Shown piece after piece: positions 1 through 13,311 of a DNA stretch of 64,000 nucleotides. A program made the translations under genes and the position numbers. The stretch lies in NCBI RefSeq assembly GCF_006345805.1, contig NC_043008.1:26164001-26228000 (forward strand), read 5' to 3'. The notes beneath the pieces were generated by a model that saw only the letters and a list, made by a program, of their open reading frames with translations, was not told the DNA's origin and did no database searches. This stretch comes from Octopus sinensis (Eukaryota). Position 1 is the first letter of the stretch, and every line of letters begins with the position of its first letter.

Positions 1-209
1 GATTTTGAATAATATAAATAAATAAATAAATGGAGTTAAACACAGATGTTATTTAAATCTTTTTACTTCCAACATGTTTTGAAGAAAACATTGGTATTAT
101 TCCAGAAGGAATAAATTGGTGCAAAACAATATATTTATATATATATATCGGTGCCCCAGCATGGCCACAGCTCATTAGCTGAAACTGGAAAAATCAAAAT
201 CAAAATCAA

Positions 210-241
<32 letters not shown>

Positions 242-549
242 TCAGATGTGAATATTCATAAAAATATTATTATTGTTAATATTGTCTGCATTAAATATAA
301 TATATTGATAATAATAACAACAATAATATAGTTGGCTACAGGTATTAAATAACATTAAATAGCTATAAATTTAAAAGTAGTACTAATCAAAAGGATACAC
401 TGGGCATCTAATCTGTTTAGAAATGGGAGTCAAAACCTCGATGATGATATTACAGAGGGTTTTGACTCCTATTTCTAAACAGGTTAGATGTGTCCTTTTG
501 CTTAGCGCTAATTTCAAATTTATGTTTATATATATGTATTTATATTCTT

Positions 550-915
550 TTTTCTTTTATTTGTTCCAGTCATTTGACTACAGCCATGCTGGAAGAAATC
601 AACCCCTGGACTTAATCATTTTAAGCCTAGTTCTTTCTCTTGGCCTCTTTTGCCAAACCGCTAAGTTACGTGGACATTAACACACCAACATCAGTTGTCA
701 TGTGATGTTGGGGGGGGGGACATACACAGACACACAAACATACGTATTTATATACGATGGGCTTCTTTCAGTTTCCGTCTACAAAATCCACTCACAAGGC
801 TTTGGTTGGTCCGAGGCTACAGTAGAAGACACTTGTCCAAGGTGCCACTCAGTAGGACTGAACCCAGAACCATGTGGTTGGTAAGCAAGCTACTTACCAC
901 TTAGCCACTCCTGTG

Positions 916-918
<3 letters not shown>
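550..918 (-). mobile_element. tRNA-derived SINE (octopus OR-type, CORE-like central domain)
   Basis: Minus strand reads AGGCACAGGAGTGGCTAAGTGGTAAGTAGCTTGC...GGTTCAGTCC (A/B-box-like head), then GGCACCTTGGACAAGTGTCTTCTACT. The same family recurs at 13.0, 13.8, 24.4, 27.2 and 27.5 kb. Confidence 0.85.
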
Positions 919-959
<41 letters not shown>

Positions 960-963
<4 letters not shown>

Positions 964-1165
964 TAGATATATAGTTAATCCAAACATGAACAAAGAGAAA
1001 ACACAAAAACGTGAGGATTTGGAACAAATATAGTGTCATTGGACGCTCAGGAAGGGAAAGAAAGAAGGAGGATTTAATTTTTTGAGCAGAGCTCTTCATC
1101 AGAAACATAGAAAAAGGAAAGGCTAAGGAAGGGAAGAAGGAGAAAGAAAATTGCCAACGATACAC
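960..1165 (-). mobile_element. Penelope-like terminal fragment with degenerate hammerhead-like motif
   Basis: Minus strand CTGATGAAGAGCTCTGCTC-AAAAA in a pyrimidine-rich tail, flanked by (TA)n. A similar piece lies at 33420-33560 (+). Confidence 0.45.
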
Positions 1166-1175
1166 ATACGGTCAC

Positions 1176-1220
<45 letters not shown>

Positions 1221-1844
1221 CATAGATGCTGGCCTCAAAACATTTGTCTATATGCGCATGTTTATGTATGTGTGTGTGATAGAGTTAAAGCAAGAGAATA
1301 TTTATCTGTTTGATATCTCATTTATTTTTTCATTTATTTAAAACAAGTAATTTCTTTATGGCTAAGAACTCATTGAACTATCATTAAACTTAATCATCTT
1401 TTTCCGTAACAGTCACAGATATTCAATTTAAATTTTACAATAATTGAACAAGCTATTGGTGATTTCAACATGAAAAAATATTCCTTAACATCTTTAAAAA
1501 TTTCGTTAGTAAAAATTTATTGTATTACACCAAAATTTCCCACCCATTATTATGTTTTCATAGTTTTAGTCTTCTTAGTTGCTGTTTTGGTGTGTTCCAT
1601 TGCAATTTCAAAATGTATATACATATGTATTATGTATGGATATGTGTATGTAAACCATGGAACTTCCCTTCAACTGTTGCTAGCATTATGGTATCTGTGG
1701 TGGAGTTGCATTCAATAGTATTGGCATAGCAGCTCCTGCTTAATGGCACATTGCAAAAATATTTATGTACATATATATATAGTGTGTGTATGTATGTGTG
1801 TGTATGCACACACACAGGTGCACATGCACACATGCACATGCACA

Positions 1845-2580
1845 CACACATTCCTGCTTTGAGTTTTTCGGTGCTTAGTCTTGGAAACAATTTACATATA
1901 TACTCAAAACATTTAGTTTGTTGAGTGATTTTACATACTGTTTCATTAATCCTGGTTTGATATGCAAGGGAGGGAAGATAATTTTTTATTTCAGAACTAG
2001 CGCTGTACTAATTATGTTCTTTTCACTGACCCTCAACTCTCGGAGTGGCCAATCTTTCCTTTTCCAGTGCTCCTCTTTTGCTCTACTGTCCCACATACAC
2101 AAAAAACATGGGAATTTCATGTAGCCACTTTGTTGACCAAGCAGGAAATTTATCATTTTCAAATCGACACATAACACCCATTTATGTTTGGTGTAGTCAA
2201 TGTGTTCCATAACCTGTGTGATGGCATCATAGATGGCATCATATTTTTCTTTCAGTGTTGTTGAATGACCTAAAGGTATTGGTGCATACATGTTGGTATT
2301 ATGGAGAAAAACACATTTCAAACTACATTTTGAACTATCAATGTACAATCTTCATTCATCAGGATTGTACTTGTGGATGCCTAGTCAAAGAAGAAAGCTC
2401 TCAACATCATTGCAATGAACAAGATCCGTGTTCTCATTAAACAGTAGTACATATTCCGCATCCCTATTTCGATAGAATGTTACTTTGTGCCTTTTACTAA
2501 CAGGTGTTTTTCGTTGTGCTTAGAGGCCATAATTTCTGCTGATTCTTTGCTTAGATTTAAGTCTCGAACCAAATCATGCA
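1845..2580 (-). mobile_element. Chapaev3-like (CMC/Transib-related) DDE transposase relic
   Basis: Broken translation LHDLVRDLNLSKESAE...YIDSSKCSLKCVFLHN...WVLCVDLKMINFLLGQQSGYMKFPCFLCMWDSR...PPLHIKPGLMK...FPRLSTEKLKAG, with stops and frameshifts. Family name assigned from recalled motifs. Confidence 0.7.
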
Positions 2581-2769
2581 GTTAGGGATTTTCATTGTCG
2601 TTAGACTTATACACACACATATAGATAGACAGAAAGATAGATAGATAGATTGGTATATAGCTAGCTAGATAGATAGATACATGCATACATACTTATATAC
2701 ATGCATACATACGAACATACATACATACATCAGATGAAAGGATGAACCTTTTCATTGTCTTCATGACTT

Positions 2770-3002
<233 letters not shown>

Positions 3003-3024
3003 ATGCATGCATATTTACATACAT

Positions 3025-4035
3025 CAGATGAAAGGATGACCCTATATGAGCAGAAGATTATGCATGGATATGTTAATAGAATGCTCTGAGATGATAGTAA
3101 CATTAATACTCAAAGCAGTCTATCATAGACCAATAGCTGGAATACTATCTCCTATTTTGAAGAGTATGCACTTGCAATCTGGGAACAGAAAATATCAACC
3201 AAGTACCTGATGCAAAAAAGGAATAAAGATGCAGGAAAAGCAGTGCAACAACCGTTGCAGACTCTGTGGAGTTAACACCACATCATAAGCAGTTGTCCAA
3301 GAACGTCTTCACAATATTATCTAGCAATGAGACATGATGTAGTGGCTAGGACACTCTATAATGAAATTTATCAGATGGATAACCCCAAGGACAAAGAAAT
3401 AAAAACCCACAATATGGTAGAAGCCATAGTCACTCATAATAAAAAGGAGTACTGGTGGAATCTCTCGGTAAAGACCTCAATAAAATGTAAGCACAACAGA
3501 CCTGATATAATTATTTGGGATAGAGAAGAGAAACTGTGCACAGTTGTGGAAATAAGCTGCACAGTAGATGTTAGCATAATGCTAAAGATCAGTGAACAAG
3601 AGAACACCTATGCTGAACTGTTGAGAAATCTGCAGTTACTCTATCCAGATTACAAGTTTAAGTTTATACCTGTAATTATTGGGACCCTGGGATATGTAAC
3701 ACACTGCTTAAATACCAATCTTGAGAAATTAGTCTTCTCAAAAACAGAAAGGAAAAAGCTCATTTGAAGACTATAGATCCAATCTATCACTGAAATTGTA
3801 AAAATCTGTAAAACTTTCCAGAAGTTTATCATTTAAGTATATATGAACGTGTTTAGATATGCAACTATATGCATGAGAATACATACATAAATCAAAACAT
3901 ACAAATCTTCACATATACATACAAACATACAAACCAAAATACCCTGTTACTAATGATGAAATTCCAATGAAGGAGCCTTGAGTCTAGGTTAGAAACTGGC
4001 TCTTCCTCTATTTGGCAAGAAATCTTAAAATAAAA
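3025..4035 (+). mobile_element. 5'-truncated non-LTR retrotransposon of an RLE (restriction-like endonuclease) clade, R4/Dong-like
   Basis: CRLC...HIISSCP zinc knuckle, RHD motif, RPDIIIWD...VVEISC (PD-(D/E)xK) and PVIIGTLG in ORF 3327-3767, followed by a 3' UTR ending in CATA repeats. Confidence 0.85.
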
Positions 4036-4859
4036 CTGAACAATGACATACATACACATAATATGAGAGAAAGAGAAAGAAAATAGAATTCATGAGATTC
4101 TTTATTAATCTATACGATCGTTTTGATCCTTTGTGCATCAATCCCTCACAGGCAAGAAGCTGTACAAAATGTGGTACATCATTAGGTGACTTGTCAATGT
4201 GTCTCATTAGGTGACTTGTCAAAAGGTACCTAGCTTTTTAATCTCCTTTGTATGTGTATGTATATATGCATATGTGTACATGTGTGTGTGTGTGTGTGTG
4301 TGTATCAAATAACTTCTTAAATTCTTAGCCAACAGTTGAAACTCAGCCTAGATTTTTCTATGAGTTCTTTTCTGTTGATGATGAAATAATCCACACGAGT
4401 TCCTTTGTTTTTCCTATGACAGAAGACTGATAGCCCTTGACATATTAATAGAGTTTCAATTTGATTTTATGTGTTGAGTTTAATGTTAAGCAGCAATGAT
4501 TTGTAGATTTAGTTAGCTTGCATTTCCAAATTGTAGATACAGGAATTCTACTAGACACTTCAGTTTTAAATATCTTGAAATGAAGGTATGGTGAGAAGTT
4601 TATATACCTTGTTATTTAAGCATAGCTAGGTAGGCAACAAGCTTGAGCTGTTCAGTCACACAATGATGACAATGGTGCAAAATTATTTCAGGTTATGCTA
4701 GAGATGGCTAGATTCAACTATTATTCAATGAATAAGCATTTAAAGCTGATTGGACAGCTACTTTTAAAATAACTGTGTATAGAAGGATAAAAGGGGGATT
4801 AACTGTGACGGGAAAATTATATAAATAATAGTTGAATCTAGCCATCTATAGCATGGCCT

Positions 4860-5170
4860 CTTCAGCCTAAGGAGTGAGTACCCATCAACACTTTTGACAT
4901 TGACATCATCCTGCACACCAGAAAGTCTTTGCTATTTCCAATATTTCTACTTGATCAAGAAGAAGGGAAATACATTGTTCAATGTGCTGATGGGCACATA
5001 TGATGGAGGAGAATTATGTATGCTCATAGGTCTGTGTAGTTTGTATCATTTACATATAGAATTTTCATATTTAGATGCAGTTCTATACACGGATGATGCC
5101 CTATAATCATTCGTACAGGCATGAACTTGATGGCCTCAAGAAGAATGTTATTGAATTCTTCAAGAGGATG
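4860..5170 (+). mobile_element. Penelope-like reverse transcriptase relic
   Basis: IILHTRKSLLF...FNVLMGTYDGGELCMLIGL...LYTDDAL resembles the PLE RT motifs FDVTMGSxDGAEVCELVG and LYRDDGL. Confidence 0.7.
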
Positions 5171-5199
5171 GCCTTAATAATTACAGTTGTGTTAATTCT

Positions 5200-5880
5200 T
5201 TAGACATATTTTCCTATCCTTCCTTAATACCAGTTCCCATATCTGTTTATATCTGTTCATATCTGCACTCAGTCTGCTTAGGTTGTTGGTCCCAGTATAT
5301 GGGCTGCTTCCTTCAGTTTTCGTATTTTCCAGTGGTGTTTTCTGTCTATTATTTAAACTTCATCCCACAGGGGAGGTGGTCTCCATTTTTCCATACATGA
5401 TCAACTATATCTAATTTATCAATATCTCCTCATGTCACAGCTTTGCGATGTTCCTCTACACTTATTTTGAGGGGGTGGCATGTTTCGCCTTCGTATAACC
5501 TACCACAGCTGCATGGGACAGAGTACATGCAGTTTTTGGTCATATTCTTTTCTATTGGTGGTTTTACTCAAACGAGATATTTGCAAAGTGTTGTATTACT
5601 CTTGAATACTGTCCTAATGTCATATGGACCACATATCTTTTGTATCTTTTTGGAGAGGCCTTTCACATAGGGTAGACAGACTGTGAATAGTTCATTGGTT
5701 TCATCCTCTCTTTTCTTCATAAATGGAGTGGATAGTATGTTTTTGGGGTAGTTGTTGCTTAATAGATCGTTACTGAGCTTGATCATTTCTTTGTAGTGTG
5801 TATCACAATTGCTACTTATATTCTTTGCTCTATATTTTAGGCACTGTATAATGTTTTAGTCACTCTATAATCACACATGG
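5200..5880 (-). mobile_element. Penelope-like RT-thumb/GIY-YIG endonuclease relic
   Basis: NNYPKNIL...LPYVKGLSKKIQKI...MYSVPCSCGRLYEGETCHPLKISVEEH...RKLKEA, with stops. Confidence 0.8.
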
Positions 5881-6644
5881 TCTTATTTTATCATATTCAT
5901 CCTCCAAGTTATAATCAACTGAAGTGTAACATCTTCTAAGGGTTCCACCACTATCAGCTGTAAAGCAGCAGTGGCTAGGGTGCTGTTATCATCCCCTAAG
6001 CATAAAGTAGATACCAGGAAGTTATTCGAGGGTTCCACTTCAGGAGAAATCAGAAGATCCTGAACTGAAGGTAGGGAGCAAATTTTCATAAGGTTCTACC
6101 TCTGGCTCAGTAGATGTTGAGTGCTAACCTTTTGCAAAGTAAGTGTCCAATCCCTGACATTCTGACAATTCTTATTCAAGTTATAATTTATTTTCATCGT
6201 TCTGTTTCGTATAGTTTCTTCTTTTCAGTGTTTTTCTTCCTGGGATTCCTTATCAGAAAAAGAAAATTCTGTGATAATATCAGTGTATGACAAGAATATA
6301 TTATAGCAATTAGATTTTGTGCAATAATCCTTAGTTCAACATTGATTTTCCACAAGCGGTGAATGAATTACCTCTTACAGCATACGAAATACCTCATACA
6401 GCAAGCAAAATATTTCACTAACTATAATATATTTATAATAATATATTCACTAGGTTATTAAATTGATGTTATAATCTGTGCAAGTGAGAAATACATATAG
6501 AAGTAATGCTGTTTTTATCAAACTGTCTATAAATATGTGAAGATGGATAGAGCAAAGCATTAGGTTATGCATGCTAGTGTTTACCTATATATCTGTGTGA
6601 ATTTGAAGCTGGACAAAGACAGTAACAGTCGTGAGTATTGGTTT

Positions 6645-7098
6645 CAAATTCTGGCATAAAGCTAGCAATTTTGGGTGGGGAAAGGCTAAACTGATTACAT
6701 CGACTCCAGTGCTGAACTGGTATTTATTTTATCGATTCTGAAAGGATAAAAGGTGAAGTTGAACTCAGAATGTAAAGATGGATGAAATACCTATTTCTTT
6801 ACTACCCACAAGGGGCTAAACACAGAGGGGATGAACAAGGACAGACAAACGGATTAAGTCGATTATATCGATCCCAGAGCGTAACTGGTATTTATTTAAT
6901 CGAGCCCAAGAGGATGAAAGGCAAAGTCGACCTCGGCGGATTTGAACTCAGAACGTAGTGGTAGACGAAATACTGTTAAGCATTTCATCCGGCATGCTAA
7001 CGTTACTGCCAGCTCGCTGCCTTCCACCTTAGATGGACGAAATACCACGAAGCATTTTGTCTGGTGGTCTAACGATTCTGCTAGTTTGCTGCCTTAAT
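6645..7098 (-). mobile_element. Composite/tandem tRNA-derived SINE with a GGTCGACTTTGCCTTTCATCC central domain
   Basis: Two heads (AAGGCAGCAAACTAGCAGAATCGTTAG and AAGGCAGCGAGCTGGCAGTAACGTTAG), B-box-like GAGTTCAAATCC, and an internal repeat of the central domain. Same family at 19720-19900 and 53930-54240. Confidence 0.8.
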
Positions 7099-7711
7099 GG
7101 TTGTGAATATTGAAGATAAAGAATAGGACAAAGATATATATAAGTTGCAAAACAAGGCAAGATAATATTGAATACAGAGGAATATCTTACAAAGTATTAG
7201 CAATAAAACACATTTAAAACCAGCAGTCATATTACATAGGGTTATACATTATATGAACATTTCAAGGATATCTGGAGATAACTGGAAGGTTTTAAGGTGA
7301 TATTAATACTAGAAATAGTAATGAAAGCTTGTGTATATATTGAACAGTATATTGCTGAAGTTCACTGCTAACAGGATGTTAGCATTATCTTATTGGTTAA
7401 AGAATCTCTGTGTTAACAAATGCAGAATCTGTTTATTTCTTGATTTCTTATGAGAAATTTCTGTTGAAGACTGAAAAATTATCTCAATGTGTGGTTGAAG
7501 TGACCACAGATGAAAGGAATATATTTGTGGCTGGCCGATAATGACAACATGGTTTGAGAACAAACTGAGCTTTAAAGTCAGTTTTGATGTCTATTCATAA
7601 TGTAGTGGAATAATGAAAATGCTTTGAGCTTATAATTTCCAGTTGCTTAATGGCCAGTAATCCAGACTAGTGTGTTGGAAGATGATCATGCCCAGAACAT
7701 GAAGTAGGGGT

Positions 7712-8030
7712 AAAGGGTAAAGACCCCCTTCGGTCATGAATGACCATGGGATTGCACCTAGAAAGTTACCCTCCTAGACACAAGTCCGGGCAAGGTTGTT
7801 TATGGAAGGCCAGCAGTCGCCCATGCATACCAGCCTCCCCTCTCCACACCACCAGTGTTATCCAAGGGAAAGACAAAGGAGCCGATACAGCTTGGCACCA
7901 GTGACGTCGCAACTCATTTCTACAGCTGAGTGAACTGGAGCAACGTGAAATAAAGTACCTTGCTCAAGAACACAACACGCAGCCCAGTCCGGGATTCGAG
8001 CTCACAACCTCACGATCGTAAGCTCAAGGC
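7712..8030 (-). mobile_element. tRNA-derived SINE, third family
   Basis: Minus strand ...GAGCTCGAATCCCGGACTGGG (B-box) followed by GTGTTCTTGAGCAAGGTACTT...CACTCAGCTGTAGAAATG; tail (TTTACC)n. Confidence 0.75.
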
Positions 8031-10395
8031 GGTACCATGGCCAATGAGGTAAATCCGAAGCGTGGTTATCGCTAGTTGAAACATGAAGTAAACAGTCATA
8101 GAAAAAGCATGTAAAATAAAACGCTTGAAAACACTAAAACAGTAAGAGTAAGGTTCCATTTTCTGCTAGGCTTACCGCTGTATATAACACAAGTGTATTC
8201 TGTATTCACTAACTTCATGTTTCAGTTATAGTGCCATTATGTTAAAAAATGGCAATTACTAAGGTTTTGACTTGTGACATGAAATTTCACAAGATTGTCT
8301 AGAATCAGAAGGGAAGTTACCACATCACACATGGTTTATTTCACTCTTCCATATGTCAGCAGTCAACAATGCATCACAGGAGACAGACTGTTCAAAACAG
8401 AGAGGAGTTGAGGAAATAATATAGTAATGAGTTCAAAAAGTTCTTCTAAGTCTTAGGTCAAGCAGTAAAAAAGCAATAAAAATAATGAGACAACTTTTAT
8501 CACACAAGTGAACTAATGAGCTGCAGTAAAAAAAAAAAAAAGATGAAAAGATGTCGCTTTTGGAAAGTGTACTCAGAGCAAGGGGTTACTGCCCTTGCTC
8601 TTCTAGCTACATTACTCCAACCATTTCTACAATGTACTGAGTGTCTTTTATCATTACTTTTTTTATATTATAATACATTAGTGTACAAACAAATACTTCA
8701 CAGTAAATACATATATATATATACACACATACATACATGTATATGCATCAAAACTTAGAATGAAAGCAGTAAGACACACAAACAGATAGATAGATTGGTA
8801 AGAGGAAGAGAGTGTGTATGTAATACACATATTTCTACATGTGAAACAAAATTGAATATAAACAAAAGAAAAATGGGTTTCTCTTCAATTCTAGATGATT
8901 CTAATCTAAGATGATTATTTTTCTAATCATGAGAGTTGAAATTATTGCTATCAGGGACTAATTTTATTTGTCTATAGCCTAAATGTGTCATACGATAATA
9001 CATGGTTGATACTCAGCTATATAGCTTGAGGCTGCAGTAACACAGTAGGCAGAGCATTAGTCTTGTAAACACAAAGTTTTCACTCTACACTCTCATATAC
9101 TGCAATTCATCAAACATTATTTCTCATTCTCACTACCCACCTCTCTCCTTCTCCCTTTCTCCTGATTTGTTCATTATTTTTATTATTATTTCCCCTCCAT
9201 CTTCTATATTTCTGTTTCATTTCATTTTATTCTCTATTTATTTCTTTTTTTCTCTCCTTTTTTTTTATATTCTACATTAAACATTCATCCCAGGTGATTT
9301 ATCAAGCTTGACAAAGAAATCCTATTAGGAGAGAATTTGAGAAAAAAATAAAAATGGTCAATTAAAAAACACTAAAAAGACAAAAATGATGAGACATAAT
9401 AAAAACAGTAGTAAAAAAATAAAAACAGTTTGGTATGTTACAATATTGAGAACAAAATGAAAGGAAACAACAATAACAATAACAAAATAACAAAAATAAT
9501 AGGATAGACTGCTTGGTGAATATTTATTTTTGCTTTCTCTTTTGAAATGTGTGGAATGAGTTATATAGAATTTCATGTCATTTTACAATTGATGTATATG
9601 TAGTCACTGCAGATTTTAGCAAATTACTCCGACAGTGAAAAAAAAATAATAACATTCGAAATATTTCGTTTTGTAACCCTGCATGGTTATTCTTGGATGT
9701 GTGTGTAAACATCTATTTAAATGCGAGTGTGTGCCATATAATCATAAGCATATGTATTGTATATAGATATAGGTTCATGTATGTTATAAGCATATAAATT
9801 TGTGTATTATATGAATATATGAATGTGTGTATGTATGTATATATATATATTTGTATGTATGCAAATGCATAGATGTATATATACACATATAGACACATAT
9901 ATGTATATGCATACTTATATATTACATATATGTATATATATCTTTTCATATATAAGTGTATATATATCTATATCTTGACAATATAATGCTTTCTATATAT
10001 TTATATATATGCACACACATATACACACACACCTGCATATAGGCATATATATGTGTGTGTATATATATATAAATATATATATTTAGCATAATCTGGGAAA
10101 TAACCTCATAACATGCATTTAAAAGCCCCTGTACCATTATTGGCTAACACATGCCACACTACAGTAGGATATTCATCAAGGCTGGATAAATATGTGGAAC
10201 TCCACTATTGTATAGGATTAATAAAAGAATGATGTAACACGAAGATGGAAAATAGTACTAGATTCTGGATTCTAATGATCTGACTGGTGGAGAGTAATAT
10301 ACGTGGTATATCTGAGAAAACTCCAAGAAATCCAACAGTGCTTGACTGCATTCAACTTGAGGAAGTACATGCACACAGCTGATTGCTGAAAAAAT

Positions 10396-10582
10396 TTAAC
10401 CTTTTAGCATTTAAACTTGTCATATTCAGCCAAAATATTCTACTTGTTTTATGTTCAAACAGGCCAGACCTTGCTCCTTTCCCAACCATACAGTGTCATT
10501 CCAAAATTAAACAATCACATCATCAAAATCTCAATGCATGATAAATTAAGAGCAATATGAATAAATAAGCATAAAGAGTTAA
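10396..10582. mobile_element. piggyBac-type MITE relic
   Basis: Begins TTAACCTTTTAGCAT and ends AAAGAGTTAA. An inverted related copy lies at 22523-22745 (AACCCTTTAGCATT). Confidence 0.45.
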
Positions 10583-11481
10583 CCCATTAGCATTAAGATT
10601 ACTATAGTAATAGTATAGTAATTCTAAAGAATAATCTTATATAATGATATAGAAAAGTAAGCTTAGCAACTTAAAGCTGGTGTCCAGAGCAGGCACAGGT
10701 GGGATTTGTTATTAAAGCCTGCTACTTTGTTTTATATATGCATATGAGCCATATTTGGCACCTGGCACCTGATACCTGTTGGAGGTCAGTAACTACATGT
10801 AAAAAATGACTTTGCCCATAATGACCTTTCCAAACAAGAGAAAGCAATTATAAAATGATGATAATGATGACATATATGTGAGAATATTAAAGCTATTCCT
10901 GCAGGAGTAACTCCAGTATAGGGCCTTGAGTAACTCATAGAATTTTCTAAGCTAATAACTGATTATACATGCTCTATTTTGCATTTGGTGGATCTTTTCG
11001 CTTTGACTGGCAGATTTTAAAAATAATTTCTTTGTAACTAAGCCCTTTTAAACTTCGTATACTGGTAGTGTGTTACATAAAACATCTCTTTCTCTTGGCT
11101 TTCTTGAGAAAATTCTGTAGTTTGTAAGCTATTTGTTGTTTAATTGTTTAATGTGTTTAGGCAAGTGATTGTAACAAACATGCAGATTAAAAGTAAACTA
11201 ATAATAACAATATCTGTGGAAACCATTCCAAATCAGACTGGAGTCTGGTGCAGCCTTACAGCTTGCTAGCTCTGGTCAACCCGTCCAATCCATAATGGAC
11301 ATTAAATGACGATGATGAGGATGATGATGATGAATAGTAATAGTATTAATAATAATGATAACAGGAGCCAACCCCCAAATACTACCCTAGACTTTGACTT
11401 GCCCATATATAATGCAGCATCATTCCTCTAATTCCGCACATTTCCAAGCAGAAAACAGAATCAAATTGTCATTTGCTTCGT

Positions 11482-11593
11482 CGAAAATACCCGGTGAAGT
11501 GTTTTGATTTTGTTGAGTTATACCGAAAGATGTCATCTGCCATTCTTTCGATATAACTCGACATGGTCGAGACATTTCACTTAGGGTAATTCC
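11482..11593 (+). ncRNA. Candidate structured RNA hairpin (pre-miRNA/hpRNA-like)
   Basis: Arms 11494-11530 and 11544-11580 form a 37-position stem with 29 Watson-Crick pairs, 6 G:U pairs and 2 mismatches. A basal stem pairs 11482-11493 with 11581-11593. CpG-rich, unlike its flanks. Confidence 0.5.
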
Positions 11594-11689
11594 GTGGATT
11601 ATGGAATATAGATATCACAGTCAAATTCCTTTATAGATATATTTTTATCAGTGGAAACATTTACATGTATTATCCTACAAGTATTTTCT

Positions 11690-11970
11690 TCTATTATTAT
11701 TACTATTATCATTGTCTTTATCATTATTAATAGTAGAAGTAGTAGTAGCAGCAGCAGTAGTAATGGTTGTGGTTGTGGTGGTAGTGGTGCTGGTGATGGT
11801 AGTAGTAATAGTAGTATTAGTACTATTATTATCAACATTCATTTCAGCTGTACTTTGACCATCCTTGGAAGTGCGGATATCCATATCCTGGTTTATGCTG
11901 GCTATAGTGCTAGTGTTCCAGGTGTGGTGTATGTTATCATGGTGTTAGTATTGTTATTATTATATATATT
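11690..11970. repeat. Compound trinucleotide low-complexity tract (ATT/AGT/GGT/GCA)
   Basis: Visible triplet runs; explains the poly-T/S/I/L ORFs. Confidence 0.85.
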
Positions 11971-11989
11971 TTGACTCCTCTACCCGTAG

Positions 11990-12560
11990 GCGTTATTTAG
12001 GAAGTGTGTATTAAGTTTATGCTTATTAGTTAAGGCAACAATAGGTTCTATACTGAGTGGAGAGGAGTAGGATAATTTCAAAGTAGATCTGTTGAAGATT
12101 GAATGGTATTTATAGTGACAAAGGAGGTTATAGCCTACAATTGTAAAAAAAGGTTTTGGCTAAGCCCTTAATATTTAAAGTGAATGGGGGAGTAAACCAG
12201 AGAATCAATCTTCCTCCACTTTTGTAAGGCGATATAGGGGAAGTATAATCTATATCATCTGTTAGAGGAGAACCCGGGGACCCAGCACTGTTTATCAGTT
12301 TGAGTCTTGATTGAGTGTTATATGGGTGAGTGCAGGGTGAGTAAGAGCTTGAGGTTTTTTTAAGTTTCTAGAGGGGGTTTAGTGCATCTATCTATAGTGG
12401 GAGTGTTTGTGTCCAGTGGTGGAGCATGGCTCCCTCTCCAGGACTGAGTTTATACATGTGTTTTTTAAGCCTAGTGTTTGCTATGAATTTAATTTGTTGG
12501 GAGAACCTGCTAAACATGTGTGTTTTAAGGATTGAGTGATGGTCTGTGTCAACAAGACAT
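11990..12560 (-). mobile_element. Penelope-like element relic (RT thumb/linker)
   Basis: RLILWFTPPFTLNIKGLAKTFF...HYKYHSIFNRSTLKLSYS matches the PLE signature IxWFNPPF...IFNR..KLSYS. Confidence 0.7.
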
Positions 12561-13004
12561 GTATTATTTAGTAAAATGAATTACAGTAAAAACAGTACAG
12601 TCAACTTGCCATGGGGAATGGAAAATCCAATATTTCAGACAAAGTCTTTCTTCAGGGTAAAGTTGACAGAAAAGAAATTAATGTGAGACAGCAGAGTTTC
12701 ACATTCACTAAGTTAGAAAAACTACCTGCAACTGATAAGAAACAGGATCATGGAGGCTTCATGGCAAACAAGAAGTGATAGGAGAGAGAAACAGGCTGAG
12801 GGTGGCAGAAGGAAAAAGGAATAGAATAAGGAGGAGAAGCATATGAAGTTGAGAGTGAGATGAAAGGAAAAGATGAGGTGGGGGTGGAATTGAAAAATAA
12901 TAAAGGGTTTGATGAACAAAGAGGTGTAGTAGTAGAAGGAAAGGCCCCACCCCCTCACAAAAATCAAAATGACAGAAACTTTTGTAAACATCAGCTGACT
13001 ATAT

Positions 13005-13218
13005 CTTTTATCTTTTACTTGTTTCAGTCATTTGACTGTGGCCATGTTGGGGTGCCACCTCGAAATTTTAGTTGAATATATCAAACCCAGTACTTATTTT
13101 TTAGAGCCTGGTACTTACTCTATTGGTCTCTTGTGCCAAACTGTTAAGTTATAGGGATGTAAACACACTAGCAGTGGTCGGGGACAAACACAGACACAGA
13201 AAAACATACACACAAACA

Positions 13219-13311
<93 letters not shown>

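Noticed and set aside
4179-4222. 19-bp direct repeat TCATTAGGTGACTTGTCAA with a 25-bp period, superficially CRISPR-like
   Set aside because: Only two copies with a 6-bp spacer, in a eukaryotic context with no cas genes; a simple local duplication.
5883-6140. Minus-strand 68-aa ORF with three EVEP/VVEP-like repeats and a + strand GTAAGT at 6138
   Set aside because: No recognisable domain or matching acceptor; probably decayed TE sequence next to the PLE relic.
11599-11974. Thr/Asn-rich and Ser/Gly-rich ORFs
   Set aside because: Produced by triplet repeats; in-frame stops just upstream and no convincing splice sites.
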